A stretch of DNA of 64,000 nt. Origin: Camelus ferus (Eukaryota). Shown in pieces: positions 37,026-48,838 of the stretch. Position 1 is the stretch's first letter. Every line of letters begins with the position of its first letter. A model generated the notes under the pieces. It did no database searches. It was not told the DNA's origin and saw only the letters and a program-made list of their open reading frames with translations. The translations under genes were made by a program, and so were the position numbers. Where the stretch lies: NCBI RefSeq assembly GCF_009834535.1, contig NC_045697.1, forward strand, positions 46,564,001-46,628,000, in the 5' to 3' direction.

Positions 37026-40000
37026 TTTGTGAGCCCCTGATTTTAGAAACTTTGCCTCATTCCTCTCTATATATTCTTCATCAATGAATTCAGTCCCTTT
37101 CAGAAACCCATCACTCAAAATTTTTGATGTTGATCCAAATGTGTATTCTATACTCCGAGTTACCATGATTTTCTTCAGTGTCCAAAACATTTCCAATCAC
37201 AATTTGATTTAAATTAAAAGGGTTTTGATGGGACATTCATTACTTACAAGGTAACATTTATTAGTCTATGTGTTGTGATTGGAGCTTTAATATAAGTAGG
37301 AAGAAGTTTAATCTGACTTCATTTTCACTCCATTAAAAACCTTGTAACAGTGTTCATAAATTAGATCCAGAGTCATAAAAGTATATTTCATAGCCCCAAT
37401 CTGCACATATTTGACCACATTTGGATATTTAACATAGATTTAGATTTGGGAATATCCACCATTTACACATATTAATGTTTTTCATGATTTTAATGAGGGC
37501 ACACAAATGGATAAACTGTATAATTTTGGTCTGTCCTGTTGACAGTGACACTAATAAACTAGGGGCACGTTGTAGCAATTAAAGTTCATTTATTTGTTTA
37601 AAATGAACGCTTTTTTATTGTTAGCTCATCACTGACTTGCCTTACTTACAAAGAATTATAATTAAATATCATAAATAAAGTGAACTAGAAATATTATTTT
37701 AGGAAAAAGGAGACTTAAGGGAACAAAATAAACAAATTCATAGTAGTATGGCATGGGAGTGATGCTTAAATGCCCTCCTAAGCACGAGATTTAACTCCCA
37801 AGACTCAATTTAGAATCACTGAAGAACACAGTTGCTAATTTGTAGGTAATTTCATTTGTTTATAGACATGTACGGAGGCCTCAGAGTAAAGAAGGAAAAA
37901 TAACAAAAATAACAAAATAACAAAGAGATGATTAGTCTGGAGCATAAAGGCATCCCTACCAAATCCCAGACAGTCCCTTTCCTGGATGAAGCCTGATGAA
38001 ATTTAGGGTGGAAAAATGTATTTCTTGAATATACTGAGTAAAATCTTTTCATTTGACAATAAACCTATAGATATCTATCTGTTCATTCATTCTTTCATTA
38101 GCTTTTTTCTTAAGTATTTTCTGAGTTTCCCAAGAAACAAAAAGGAATTGTTGGAATTCTAAGAGATTTCTGAAGCAGTTCATCAAACCACTGGTTTCAA
38201 GGATGAAATTTAGAAAATTTATATTTCTAAATTTATATTTCTATCCAGAAAATTCATATTCTCTTATATTCTTTTGCATGAGGTGAGTAAAAGTCCTTAG
38301 CTGTGAATAATAACAACTACATTTCATAAAATGCCAGCTACTGAATGTCTAGATCACATTATCCATTATCTAGCATACCTTTATATGCTCTAAGTCAAAT
38401 TTTGGTTTCATAAATGAAAGAATATTCTAATGATTAGAGCTCTTCAACAATGGGATGAAAGTAATTCTCAAGCAGGGGCAGGATGGCTAGCATTGCTGAG
38501 CTAAAGTATTTTGAATGAAAGTTTGGACAATGTGGATGTCGAAGAGTCATTCCAATTTTGACTGTCTATGACAGCACTTTATAAGGTAGATGTGGTGAAG
38601 CAAAAACAGTAAAGTTATGAACCCCAAGGCAGGAGTCAGCATGGGTTTGAGTCTTGACTTTTACTCTAAGCCCATCTGAAGATTAATTTCCTGCTCCAGG
38701 CCTCAGCTGATACAACTAAAAAAGAAAATGGTGACAAAATTACCCAATTCACAGTTACTATCAAAACTAGTTAAACAATTAAAAATAAAGATACTGTATA
38801 AACTGTAATACACTGGCCACCATATTATGTGGCATTTTATATGCAGAGTGCGTGTAGGAATGCATCCAGAAGTATTCTTTAAACTCATCTTTATTAGAAA
38901 CTTCATCCATCCTTAAAGGAATCAGTCTGTTTTCATTATATAATCCTAAAGTTCTCATGTTTTCTTCAACTATTTTTTCTTCTTTACTTGTTTTCTATTT
39001 CAAATAGAAAATCTGCTTTTTATAGTTTCCTATTGTTGATTTCTTTAGGAATTCAATATGGATTTCCCACCCCAGAATGGGTTAAACTTCATTTAAGTAT
39101 TTGCAGTGTGCTCGTTCTGTGAGAAAACTTTCTCTGGGCCTGTAGCTCCCTGCTAACCTACAGATATAAGTAGCTGACTGTTTCCTAATTTATTTGGACT
39201 TGTCCTTTCTCTCTCACACACTTACTTTCTGAAATGATTTCTTGTTCAATGTCAAAATATACTTTATTGTAATGGTTAATCATTATAAAAAAGAAAAAGT
39301 AACTGCTAAAAATTGCCTGTGATTTAAAGTTAATATACTCTACACTTATTAACAATAATTATAAAAATAAAATTTTCTAATATTTATTTTTTGCTAAATA
39401 TTGTTTTTAGGCTCTGTGCAGAGTTGCTTTCTGAATTGTAAGCCTGTTTCATTTCTGATAGTGTAAGGAGGGTTGTGGGGAAAAAAGAGAAAATTCTTGG
39501 ACTTCATTTCATCCCTGCCTACATATTTACTCAACTCTTATAAGCATTTTATAATTTATAAAAATTGCTCTGAGTGAAAGACTCAAATCTATGAAACAGT
39601 AAGACACCAGACCTGAGGCATTCAGTCTCTGTGGCCCAGCAGAGCGCGGTCAGTGCCAGGACTAGTGCAGCGAGGTCCAAATCAGGGCCAAGCCTGGAAA
39701 CCAGGACTTGGAGGGCAACACGCAGCTCATGAGGTGAAAGAGGGAGAGGGAGTGGACAGGATCACTTAGTCTAAAATGAAAGAACAGCACACAAAGTCAA
39801 TGTCCTTTAGGCAGGATGAAGCAAGGCCAAGTCAGAGAGGAGGCGATACATAAAGCCTGGGAGGGGGACATGGTGAATCAGGACAAATTATCAAGAGTTA
39901 GTGTTAAGTCCTAGCCCTGGTTCTGCTGTTCAACAGATCAAAATGCTTACAGTCACCTGTCCAAGACTGGCAGCATCCCTAAACAAGTTCTGCAATAGGA

Positions 40001-41711
40001 TAAAACACAGTAAAGGAGCAAAAATTATGCTTAGATGTATAAAGTCGATTCCTCCAAGACACCATCCTATCAGCTCCGCCTCAGCTGGGGTAGACTACAT
40101 TGCTTCAGGAACAACATCCAATTGTGGCAGGAAACAGGGAATTCCGCTGACCTGAAATAGGCCCCGAGACCACGTGTTCAAGTTCCACAAAGGAGCAAAT
40201 CACCCAGTGTAAATTCCTTATTCCTTGAAGCACTAAAATGAAGTTAGCATTTTTCACAGGAAGATAACTGTAAAAATCCTACAACAGAAGTCTAGCTCTT
40301 CTCTTTGAAAAAATAGGCTAGTAATTTCACATACTTAAAGAAAAAAAATGAGCATGAGGATCCTGTTTTGGATTCTCCTAGGACCAGAGTGCCTGTACCT
40401 TCCAACCAAACTGATTAATCTCTCTAAACAATACGTACTTGTCATCAGTTTACAATGTAGTGTCATCAAGTTATTTCACATTGATTCTTTCTCATGTCTC
40501 TTCCACGTCGTTAGTGATGTGGTGCCTGCTAGAAATGCCACAGTGAACAGGCTATCTGAATCTTAAAAATAAACTCTTGTTGGCAAGGGTTTGTAGCTGC
40601 AATTTGGGGTGGAATTTTGTGTGTTTGTATCTATGATGAATTAGTTGTACAGAGTTCTCATGTAAGGAGAGAATGAAAAAGCAAAAGCCATAATCAGATC
40701 ACTTTTTTTATCTCAAAATATGGTATTTTAAGATAATTCTTTAATCTGCCATAAAATTATAACTAAACATGTTACCATCGTATTTTCTTTGCATGATATT
40801 TTTATTATAATTATTTGTGACCTCTTTTCTCTTATTTATTATTTAAAATACATACACTTACAAACTGGACTTTGCCTTTAATGATCACTTAAAGAGTAAA
40901 ATGAAATGTAACGCTGTATTAAGCAAGCCCTACTCAAACACTCTTACACAGATTATAAATCTATTAGTGAGAATTATTATTCAAGTTTAGAGACAGTCTT
41001 AAAATGCAAGTGGTAGCCAATGAAACATAAACTCATTTTATCGTAATTAAATTAGATACCTATATTATTAATAATATTTGAGGGATAAAAGGTTACTTGT
41101 CCAAGACTGGTCCCCACCAGGCTCCCAGAAGAGGAGCTGACCACCTACAGATCACCTAGAAAACTAGCCACTGCCCTGTCCTTAAAGCCACAGATCTTGA
41201 TCAAGCCAAGCCTGGAACCGCCACCCTCCTCATCACACCAGATGAGGGGGAGAGCTTCCCCAAACAGAAACGCTGATGTGGCAGCAATCCTGCCTTGTCA
41301 TTCAGCTCCACTGGGACCCAGCCCCCTAATTGCACCAGAGTTGGGGCCTCTGCTCTCCCCACAGAAGCACTCGTTTGCTGGCCAAGTAAGGCTAGAGCAA
41401 AGATTCCTCCACACCACACTGCTAACACGTCCCAGTCCCTGCTTAGACCAGGCAGTGGATGAATGTTCTGTAATTATGCTCTTAAGACCCCCTACGATCT
41501 GAAGGACAAAGCCTTTCTCCCAGGGTTGGAAGTCTGACTTGGCTAGACTTCTGGGACTGCCCAAGAGTGCGTGGACAACCAGGGTCCCACATCAGGGTCT
41601 GCTGCTGTTCCTGTCTCCAAATTTTTTTCCCCAAAATGCAGCTCTGGCAGGCCTGGTGTGCGTGCTGTCTCGCTATGTGCTCTGTTGGCCTGACAACAAG
41701 GACAATAAACA

Positions 41712-41920
41712 ACAGCTACTTCATAGTAAATGTTTACTGGGCTAAAGCCTATTAGCCTTCACAACAACCCAAAGAAGTAATGAAATTATCTTTATTTTGG
41801 AGGTGGAAATGAAAGACAGAAGAGGTTAATTAACTTGACCTCATCTACTTAGAGAATAACTATACTATAGATGAGGTCAGATTTTAAATTCATATTGGAC
41901 CTTAAAGCCTTTGCTCTGTG
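41712..41920 (-). mobile_element. MIR SINE
   Basis: 'ccttcacaacaaccc...ttattttggaggtggaaatgaaagacagaagaggttaattaacttg'. Confidence 0.65.
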
Positions 41921-42107
41921 TCTGTATAGTATTACTTCAATTATTCAAACCGTTGAAATGGGGAAAACCTAACTCCTTTGTTAACTAAGTCCTAAACCAT
42001 CCTTAAAACACTGTTGACAAAACAAAGTTTACTGCAATGGCTGAAATGTCACAGAGTGCTGGATATAGGTCAGGTGTTTGAACTTGTCTTGAGTAGCAAG
42101 AGAGAGG

Positions 42108-43380
42108 CAGGTGCCTGCCTCTAACATGTGTGGGCCTGGAACAAAAGAACACATGGAGGCTGACATAACACATGCCTAATATTTAAAGTTTATAAATCAA
42201 GCTAACAATTCATAAATAGAACATGTTCTGTCCTCCTACCTTGATAACTGTACCTTAATAGAAATGAGATCTATATATACATGTATCTTATGAATACAGT
42301 TACTTTTTATATGACTGCAACTCAGCAAAGTACCCAAGATAGCTGAATTGAATTATTACTGTGCTTGTCTGAAAGTCCTCTTTAGGCTTGTGATGCTCGA
42401 GCAAATAATAAAATAAAGAGATACATAGTTAAGTATTATATGTATTCATTAAGTATTATATGTTTGATAAAATTTATTTTTGCTTTCATTTCAGGATAAC
42501 TACAAGGTATGTTGCTATAATCAATATTTGCACATAATTTGGGTTTTATTTACAGCAGTGGTAGATTAGCAATTCTTTTTCAAGATGTTGTAGCTCTTTG
42601 ATGGATCATTTCAATTAATTTTCATTCAGAGAATCTTCATTTTTCTGAGTTGCACTTGAAATTTTTGATGACATTTTAAAGACATTCCTTATATTTGGAA
42701 ATCAACCATCAACTTTACAAATCACTTTTAATGTAATGGGTCATATATAATAAATTATTATCACAGAAATTATTGCAAAATATTTTAAGTGTAGCATATA
42801 AATCACTATCAACTAGATAGCAATTTTACCTCTTCTTAAAGCAATAACTAGGTCCATACAGTATTTAAGTTCTGCTTTAAGGTTTTTCAATACTAGGATA
42901 TTTTAAAATTTTAAATGTAGTATCTTGCTAATTTCTGTTTCAGATCTCTCTTCAGTCAAGACTATACTTGATCTATAATGTCTGGAATAGTCTCTATAGA
43001 AATTAGTTTAAGAATCATCTGCATGTGAATCTTCTCCTTCATAGTCATGCAAACATTTCCAAGCCCTTCTTTCTTCTACACATTTTAAAGGAATGTCACT
43101 TTGTTGCATATTTTGTATGCAGTTTCTCACAATTTAAAGGAAAAAAATTTTCTCTAAATTAAAAAAAACCCTTTTAAAAGTGAAATGTCTGGTTTTTTTT
43201 TTTTTTTGTATTCAGTAACAGTGAATAGAACAAATTCAAAATTAATTTTATTATCTGTGAAACTCTGATTCACTCTTTGTTTTAGGATTTTTTGTTTAGC
43301 TTAGTTCTTCTAGTGTGCCTCATGTCTTTTTAAATGGAGTCTAGTTGCTTTATCAGTCTTAAGTTGACATTTTCTTATAT
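42108..43380 (-). mobile_element. hAT-Tip100 DNA transposon fossil (Zaphod-like) with transposase C-terminal remnant
   Basis: Terminus 'atggaggctgacataacacatgcctaatatttaaagtttataaatcaagctaacaa...atgttctgtcctcctaccttga' is Zaphod/MER115-like. The minus strand at about 42545-42715 reads FPNIRNVFKM..SAT, then after a frameshift RFSE*KLI...RATTS*KRIANLPLL*I. This resembles the hAT dimerisation motif (FPN..ERSFSKLKLIK..RSTM.Q.RL..L.LL.I). Confidence 0.8.
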
Positions 43381-43384
43381 ACTG

Positions 43385-44050
43385 GAGAGTTCTTAGGAAG
43401 AAATTCAGCAGGGAGGAAGTTAAGGGAATAAACACCTTGACCTCCTTCTCTTCTTCTTGCTGATGACCAGCTCTAGCTCCCCAGTGGCCAAACCAAGGGA
43501 AACTAGAAAGCTCATGTAGAAGCTGTTGGTTGCAGCCCAGCACACTAAAATCACTCTCAAGGATTTGGTTGGTGTGCCCATTCCCCAGTTGCTGCAGATG
43601 CTTTGGCTAAAGGCTTACACCTGCACCCTTCTTATAGCATTACCGCTGAGTGATTGAGGTCACCTTCCCTGGAGGTGCCTAGGAGTTACACATCCTCTGT
43701 GACTGACTAGGGGGTGCTATAAAAACCCTGCTCCCTCTCCTGAAGTTGGAAATGGCTCTGTGTCACAACTTACACTCCAGAGCTCCCCCTGGGATCAACC
43801 AAAGCTAGATCTCACGTGAAACCACATTCCTCTGTAGCTCCTTCCCTTTCCCCACCTGCCACCCCCACTCCCCTGCTGCTTTCTCCTGAAAGCACTCTCT
43901 TGATATGTCATGTGTCCTCAGATCCCCATTTCGGGGTCTGCTTCTAGGGAACGTGATGTAAGAAAGGATGTGGGGGGCTGTTGAACACAGACATAGAGAT
44001 CCACCCCTGCAGTACAGAGCAGAGTGCAGAAGGCTGAGTAAATCTGAAGA
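43385..44050 (-). mobile_element. LTR33-like ERVL LTR split by an LTR16 insertion
   Basis: 'gacctccttctc...ctccccagtggccaaaccaagggaaactaga' before the insert and 'cagtacagagcagagtgcagaagg' after it. Confidence 0.5.
43518..43963 (+). mobile_element. LTR16-type ERVL solo LTR
   Basis: 'cccattccccagttgctg', 'cacactccagagctcccc'-like segment and terminus 'ggggtctgcttctagggaac...taaga'. Explains ORF 43805-44110. Confidence 0.75.
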
Positions 44051-44067
44051 CCTATTATGGGGACACT

Positions 44068-44580
44068 GTGCAGCTGTGAAGATGCGGCTGGGTGTCCTCA
44101 CAAAACGCACTACCCCAGTCTTCCTTACTGACTGATCTAAACTTTGTTTGAAAGTAAAAACTACTAAGTTACTCCATATCCCTTGAAGCTAGGGATGGCT
44201 ATGTGTCACAGCTCAGGCCAATGAGATGTAGGCAGAAGTCTCAGGGGAGACTGTCTCTTCCTTCCTAAGAGACAAAGCTACACTGGGAGAAAGACATTTT
44301 GTCCTTTCCCCCTTCCTCTTCTTCATGCCTGGGACATGAAGCCTGAAACTGGAAGCCTGGAAGGGCAATAGCCATCTGGTGACCACGATCTGAAAGGCAT
44401 GAGGACAAAAGACAATATGTTAAGATGACTCAGTGGAAGGAGATTCTGGGTCCCTGTTATGCCAGTCTGGACTACCTCCCCCTAGGTTTCTGGTTGTGCA
44501 AGAAAAATAAAACCCCCTCTTTTTAAACCACTCTTAGTCAGATTTTCTGTTATTTGCAGCTAAACTCGTTCCTGTTACAG
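44068..44580 (+). mobile_element. MaLR solo LTR (MLT1I/J-like)
   Basis: 'gctagggatggctatgtgtcacagctcaggccaatgagatgtaggcagaagtc', 'gccatctggtgacca' and end 'aaaccactcttagtcagattttctgttatttgcagctaaa'. Confidence 0.85.
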
Positions 44581-45933
44581 CAGCCATTAAAAGAATAAAA
44601 GAGAGTTAAACTAGAGACTCGGAGTTTTGTCTTATCAGAGCAGCACCCATCTATAACATAATATCTCTCAGCACTAAGCATTTAGTCCAGTTTCGTGCAC
44701 CAAGCGCACTGAAAAACAAAGCCAAGCACTCTGGCAGGACATATCAATATTTTAATCATGCACAGAGACACGATTCTGTGGCCTGAGACAAACTATCTGG
44801 AGAGTATGGAGGCCACTCAGTGTGCAGAACAGTTTTAACAGGTGCAGGAAAATTAGTCAAATGGAAGTGGGCTGAGGCTGAAGGCAGTTCTCTGTATCTT
44901 ATCCAAAAAAGTGTCTGGGAATTACTGACCAATGTAAATGCTCATGGCTCTGGTTTCAAATCTTGCCCAAGAGGAGAAATAAGTCTTGTCACAACAAAGT
45001 CTCCAAGGGCCTTTCTGGCAGATTGGGTCAAGTCACATTTATATTATATGGACAGAGACATGAATGCCTTACTTAAATAGCAATGCACAATGTGATAAGT
45101 GCTAATATTTCTGACAAGTGTTAAAATTTAAAATTTAAAGCCTTGTGGGGTAACATCTCTTTCTCTTGGTGGTACATACAAAATTTTATAGTCAAGTACC
45201 AGGAGCAGTACCTCTGGGCTTGAACTGAATAGTCTGGGGATAGGAGGACTATGAGACGTATCTAAGTAACAGTAACCCAAACCAATGGATCACATCCTGT
45301 ACTAATATGCAAAAGAGACAACTTTCCATAATTTTCAGACAGAGACAGTATAATGCTGTTTGATACGAAAAAAAAACATGCTGTACAAGATGCTTTTATG
45401 AGCCCTGTTAATATGGAAAGTGGACCATCAGAATACACACTGCACACAGACACACACACACACACTGCCCTGGTAATCATCCCTCTATAACACTCACTTA
45501 TTTTATACTTTGAACCCAGTGTTCTCTCTAGCTTTAACATGAGTCCCATTTGGAAACCAAACTCAGCCAACATTTATACGGGAGACAATCAACCCTAAAT
45601 GATGTAAGAAACTGTATTCTCAGAGATCATAATTTCTGGATGTAAAATATCTAGAGGAAAAAATTTAAAGTCTATTCTTGCCAACGACAAAAACAATGAA
45701 TCTGACTAAATTTGACTAATGTGTGAATCAAAACACATTTGACTGGTGTGTTTAATACAATAATAACCACATGGAGAAGTAATTTGTGAGGAAACACTCA
45801 TTTTAGACAAGAAATGGTTGAATTAGTTTTCATACTCTCTAAAACTCTAAAAATTTATATCAAAGGTGTAAACATAGTGAATTGCAGAGGAGGATTCATC
45901 TTCTAGTCTGAGGTGGATAGCCTAACTCATCTC

Positions 45934-46975
45934 TCATTCATTCATTCAAAAGAGATAATGACATTTATTGGGTGACCAGCTAAGTACAGGAAATTAAAGA
46001 TATAAATGGCAAAATTCCTCAAAGACCTCACAGCCAATTTAGTAGCAGAGACAAATCAATAAAGCAACAATTATAGTTATAAACACATGCATACAACATG
46101 CACACACAACAGAGCTGTGGCACTGTACAACTCCAGAGAGAAATGGGGAAAAGGAATGTCAAGAAAACTTCACAGAAATATTTGGGCAAAATATTAGAGA
46201 GTCAGTGTGAATTTGCCTGCTTAACATTGAAAGTCAGAAGAGAATACCAAATAAAATGCATCACATAGAGTATAAACATGGACAGTGGGACCATTGAAAA
46301 CCCAAGCCTATAAAGATAAAATGAGGCTTGGTCATTAAGGCTCTTACTTGGCACATAAGTATTTGAATTTTAATGGTGAGAGTAGCCCAAGGAAGGATTT
46401 TAACATATAACATGAGGAGATACATATTTTACAAACCCAGCTTTGACAAATGTGGTTATATTGGAGGAGAGGGAGAGTAGGGACAGAGACAGAGATAAAA
46501 TGCAATATAAAAGAAATGGAGAGAAACAGGACTAAAATAGTGATTTAGGTGACAGAACAGACAGTACTGAGAGACATTCAGACATGGAAATGGGTGAAAA
46601 AGAAAAGCTGATCATGATTCTTAGATTTTTACTTTGCAGGTTTAGGTGGATGCAATGTCATTCAATAATATAGGACATATAAAAAAGAACATATATATGG
46701 GAAAAAGAAGAACAGATATATGGGAAAGAGTGGGGAGGAAAGTTCAGTGATGGTCAGTCATATAGGACACACTGGTAGAATTTTCTGTGGACATTTGCAA
46801 ATATAGATATGAACTTCAAAAGAAAGGAAGAGATTGGAAAGTCACTGAAAGAGTAGAATTTAAATGAAAATGATTGGATCCAATATCTCATGGAAAGCAT
46901 TATTGAAAAGGGAAGTGAATTAAAGATAGATTCTTAGAAAATATCTCATTTAAGGTCAGACAAGAGACGAGAAAA
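45934..46975 (-). mobile_element. L2 LINE, degraded
   Basis: Starts 'cattcattcattcaaa...catttattgggtgacca'. Purine-rich L2-like body follows. Confidence 0.6.
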
Positions 46976-47899
46976 GGCTACTTTTAATTCCAATCATTAC
47001 AGCCAGCTTATTTGTGTCTCATTTTGTGCACATTTGCTATTTGTTTGAATTCTCCACTCTAGATTCAATTCAATTGACCAGTATATCAGGAAAAAAGCCT
47101 GAATTTGAAGACTATTTCGATAAGTTGCACTAAGTATTTTCAGATGAGTCTTGATATGAACATATATTATAATGCATTTTTTTTGCATTTGTATCAAGAG
47201 TTTAGTTTTGAAAGAAAAAAATCAGAACATCTACATAGTAACTTTATGAAAATATCTTTGAAAAACCTCCCCAAACCATTTAAGAACTCTGTAATACAGT
47301 GCTAAACAACTCTTCAGCGTGTCCAGACCCTACGTTATAAATTAGAGAGTGAAAATCTGGCAATCTGCTTAGAGGAGTATAAAGAACACATAAATCTGTC
47401 TATGAAAAAAACAAGACATCTCTAGGTACATAGGTTTCAAGAAATATTTACCACTGGGTTAACAGTCTTCCATGTTTTTAATTTTCAGAGAAACTTAAAA
47501 AAGATTGGACATTTAGAAACAGCAGCCTTCCTATCTGAAGAATATTGAGAACAGCAATAAAATACAGTATCCCATCTGTTAATTGAAAAAGAAAAATTTT
47601 ACTGAAACGGATCCTTCATAAATATGACACCAGTAAGTTTAACTTTAACTAAATTAACCTGTTGACCTAAGATAATGTAGTTTTCTCCTACACAGGTTGC
47701 AGCAGCTAGGTAAAATTAATTACAGTCCCAGTTTTACTGTTTTACTCTTAACAGTAGTAAACATAAGAGAACCTTACGATTGGCTTCTGGTAAGACATTC
47801 TATAAGCCTTAGCATTTGACGCTGTTTTCCAAGTATTTTTTTTCTGCCCAATAAAATAATTTATAAATTTTCTTTCTATATATCTAGTTTTATATACCA

Positions 47900-48265
47900 C
47901 ATTCCCTCACTTGATATTAAAAACAGCCTATAACATGGACAAAGCTGATATAATTATTTTATTTTTAGAGATGAGAAAACTGAGACAAAATAATGAGAAA
48001 GATAATAATTGTCAGAACCAGCAACTTTTCAAAACTCAAGCATGTTGCAAGTACTGTACTATGAACATTTCTTTACTAAGTTGTCAAATCTTCACAGCCA
48101 ACTATGAAGTTAATACTAATTTTATTTTCAGTTTCCAGATGAAGAAACTGAATTTTAGGGAGGTTTGGGAACTATTCCAAGGTCATATAGCTAGTGAGTG
48201 TTAGAAATGAGACCCAACTAGATGCATCAGATGCTAAATTCCACATTCTTAACCTTTGTTCTGCT
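47900..48265 (-). mobile_element. Two adjacent MIR fragments
   Basis: 'tttagagatgagaaaactgagac' and 'tttccagatgaagaaactgaattttagggaggtt...ccaaggtcatatagctagtgagtg'. Confidence 0.75.
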
Positions 48266-48795
48266 TTCTGGATGTGAAATGTCTTTGAAGAGTCTTTGTT
48301 CAGGAAGAGTAGTTCAGTAAAAAGTAGAGAATCTGGATCAAGCAGCACCTGTGAATCACTTCAAGCTACTATACAGGAGAACTGGGACTGAATCAGGTCA
48401 TGACTCCAAGCTGCAGGACCCTGAATCCAAATCTCAGCTGAATACTGTAAATCTTGACACAGTTGAGTTACATAGATGATCGAGCTCACAGTCACTCATT
48501 AACTCCTTCAACTAGACAGAAAAGTAATTGCCAACTTTGTATTTTAAACTTTCACACCATTTTATGATTTTCTATGCTGACACCTAGAGTAGTCAAATTT
48601 ATTTAACACTTATGTGGATTTTATGTGTAATTTAAAAACAGTTGGCAAAATCTCAGTTGAATACTAAGTGTAGAAGACTTATGACAATAATGATAATGTC
48701 TATTGAGGGTTTCCTATTTTCCGGGCATCAAGCTACCTGATTTATAAACGTTACCTTATTTAAACTTAAACCTCTCCAAGTGTTACATTTTAAGT

Positions 48796-48838
48796 TTATA
48801 TATATATATATATATATAAATTTTTATATATATATATT
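48796..48838. repeat. Interrupted (TA)n microsatellite
   Basis: (TA)11, a short A/T spacer, then a shorter (TA)n. Confidence 0.9.

Noticed and set aside
37008..37196. Protein-like minus ORF (SDGFLKGTEFIDEEYIER)
   Set aside because: No good acceptor or donor, no recognisable family, and it runs into the MER104 copy.
39636..39660. REST/RE1-like half-site (ggtcagtgcc)
   Set aside because: The left half and the spacing do not fit TTCAGCACC-NN-GGACAG.
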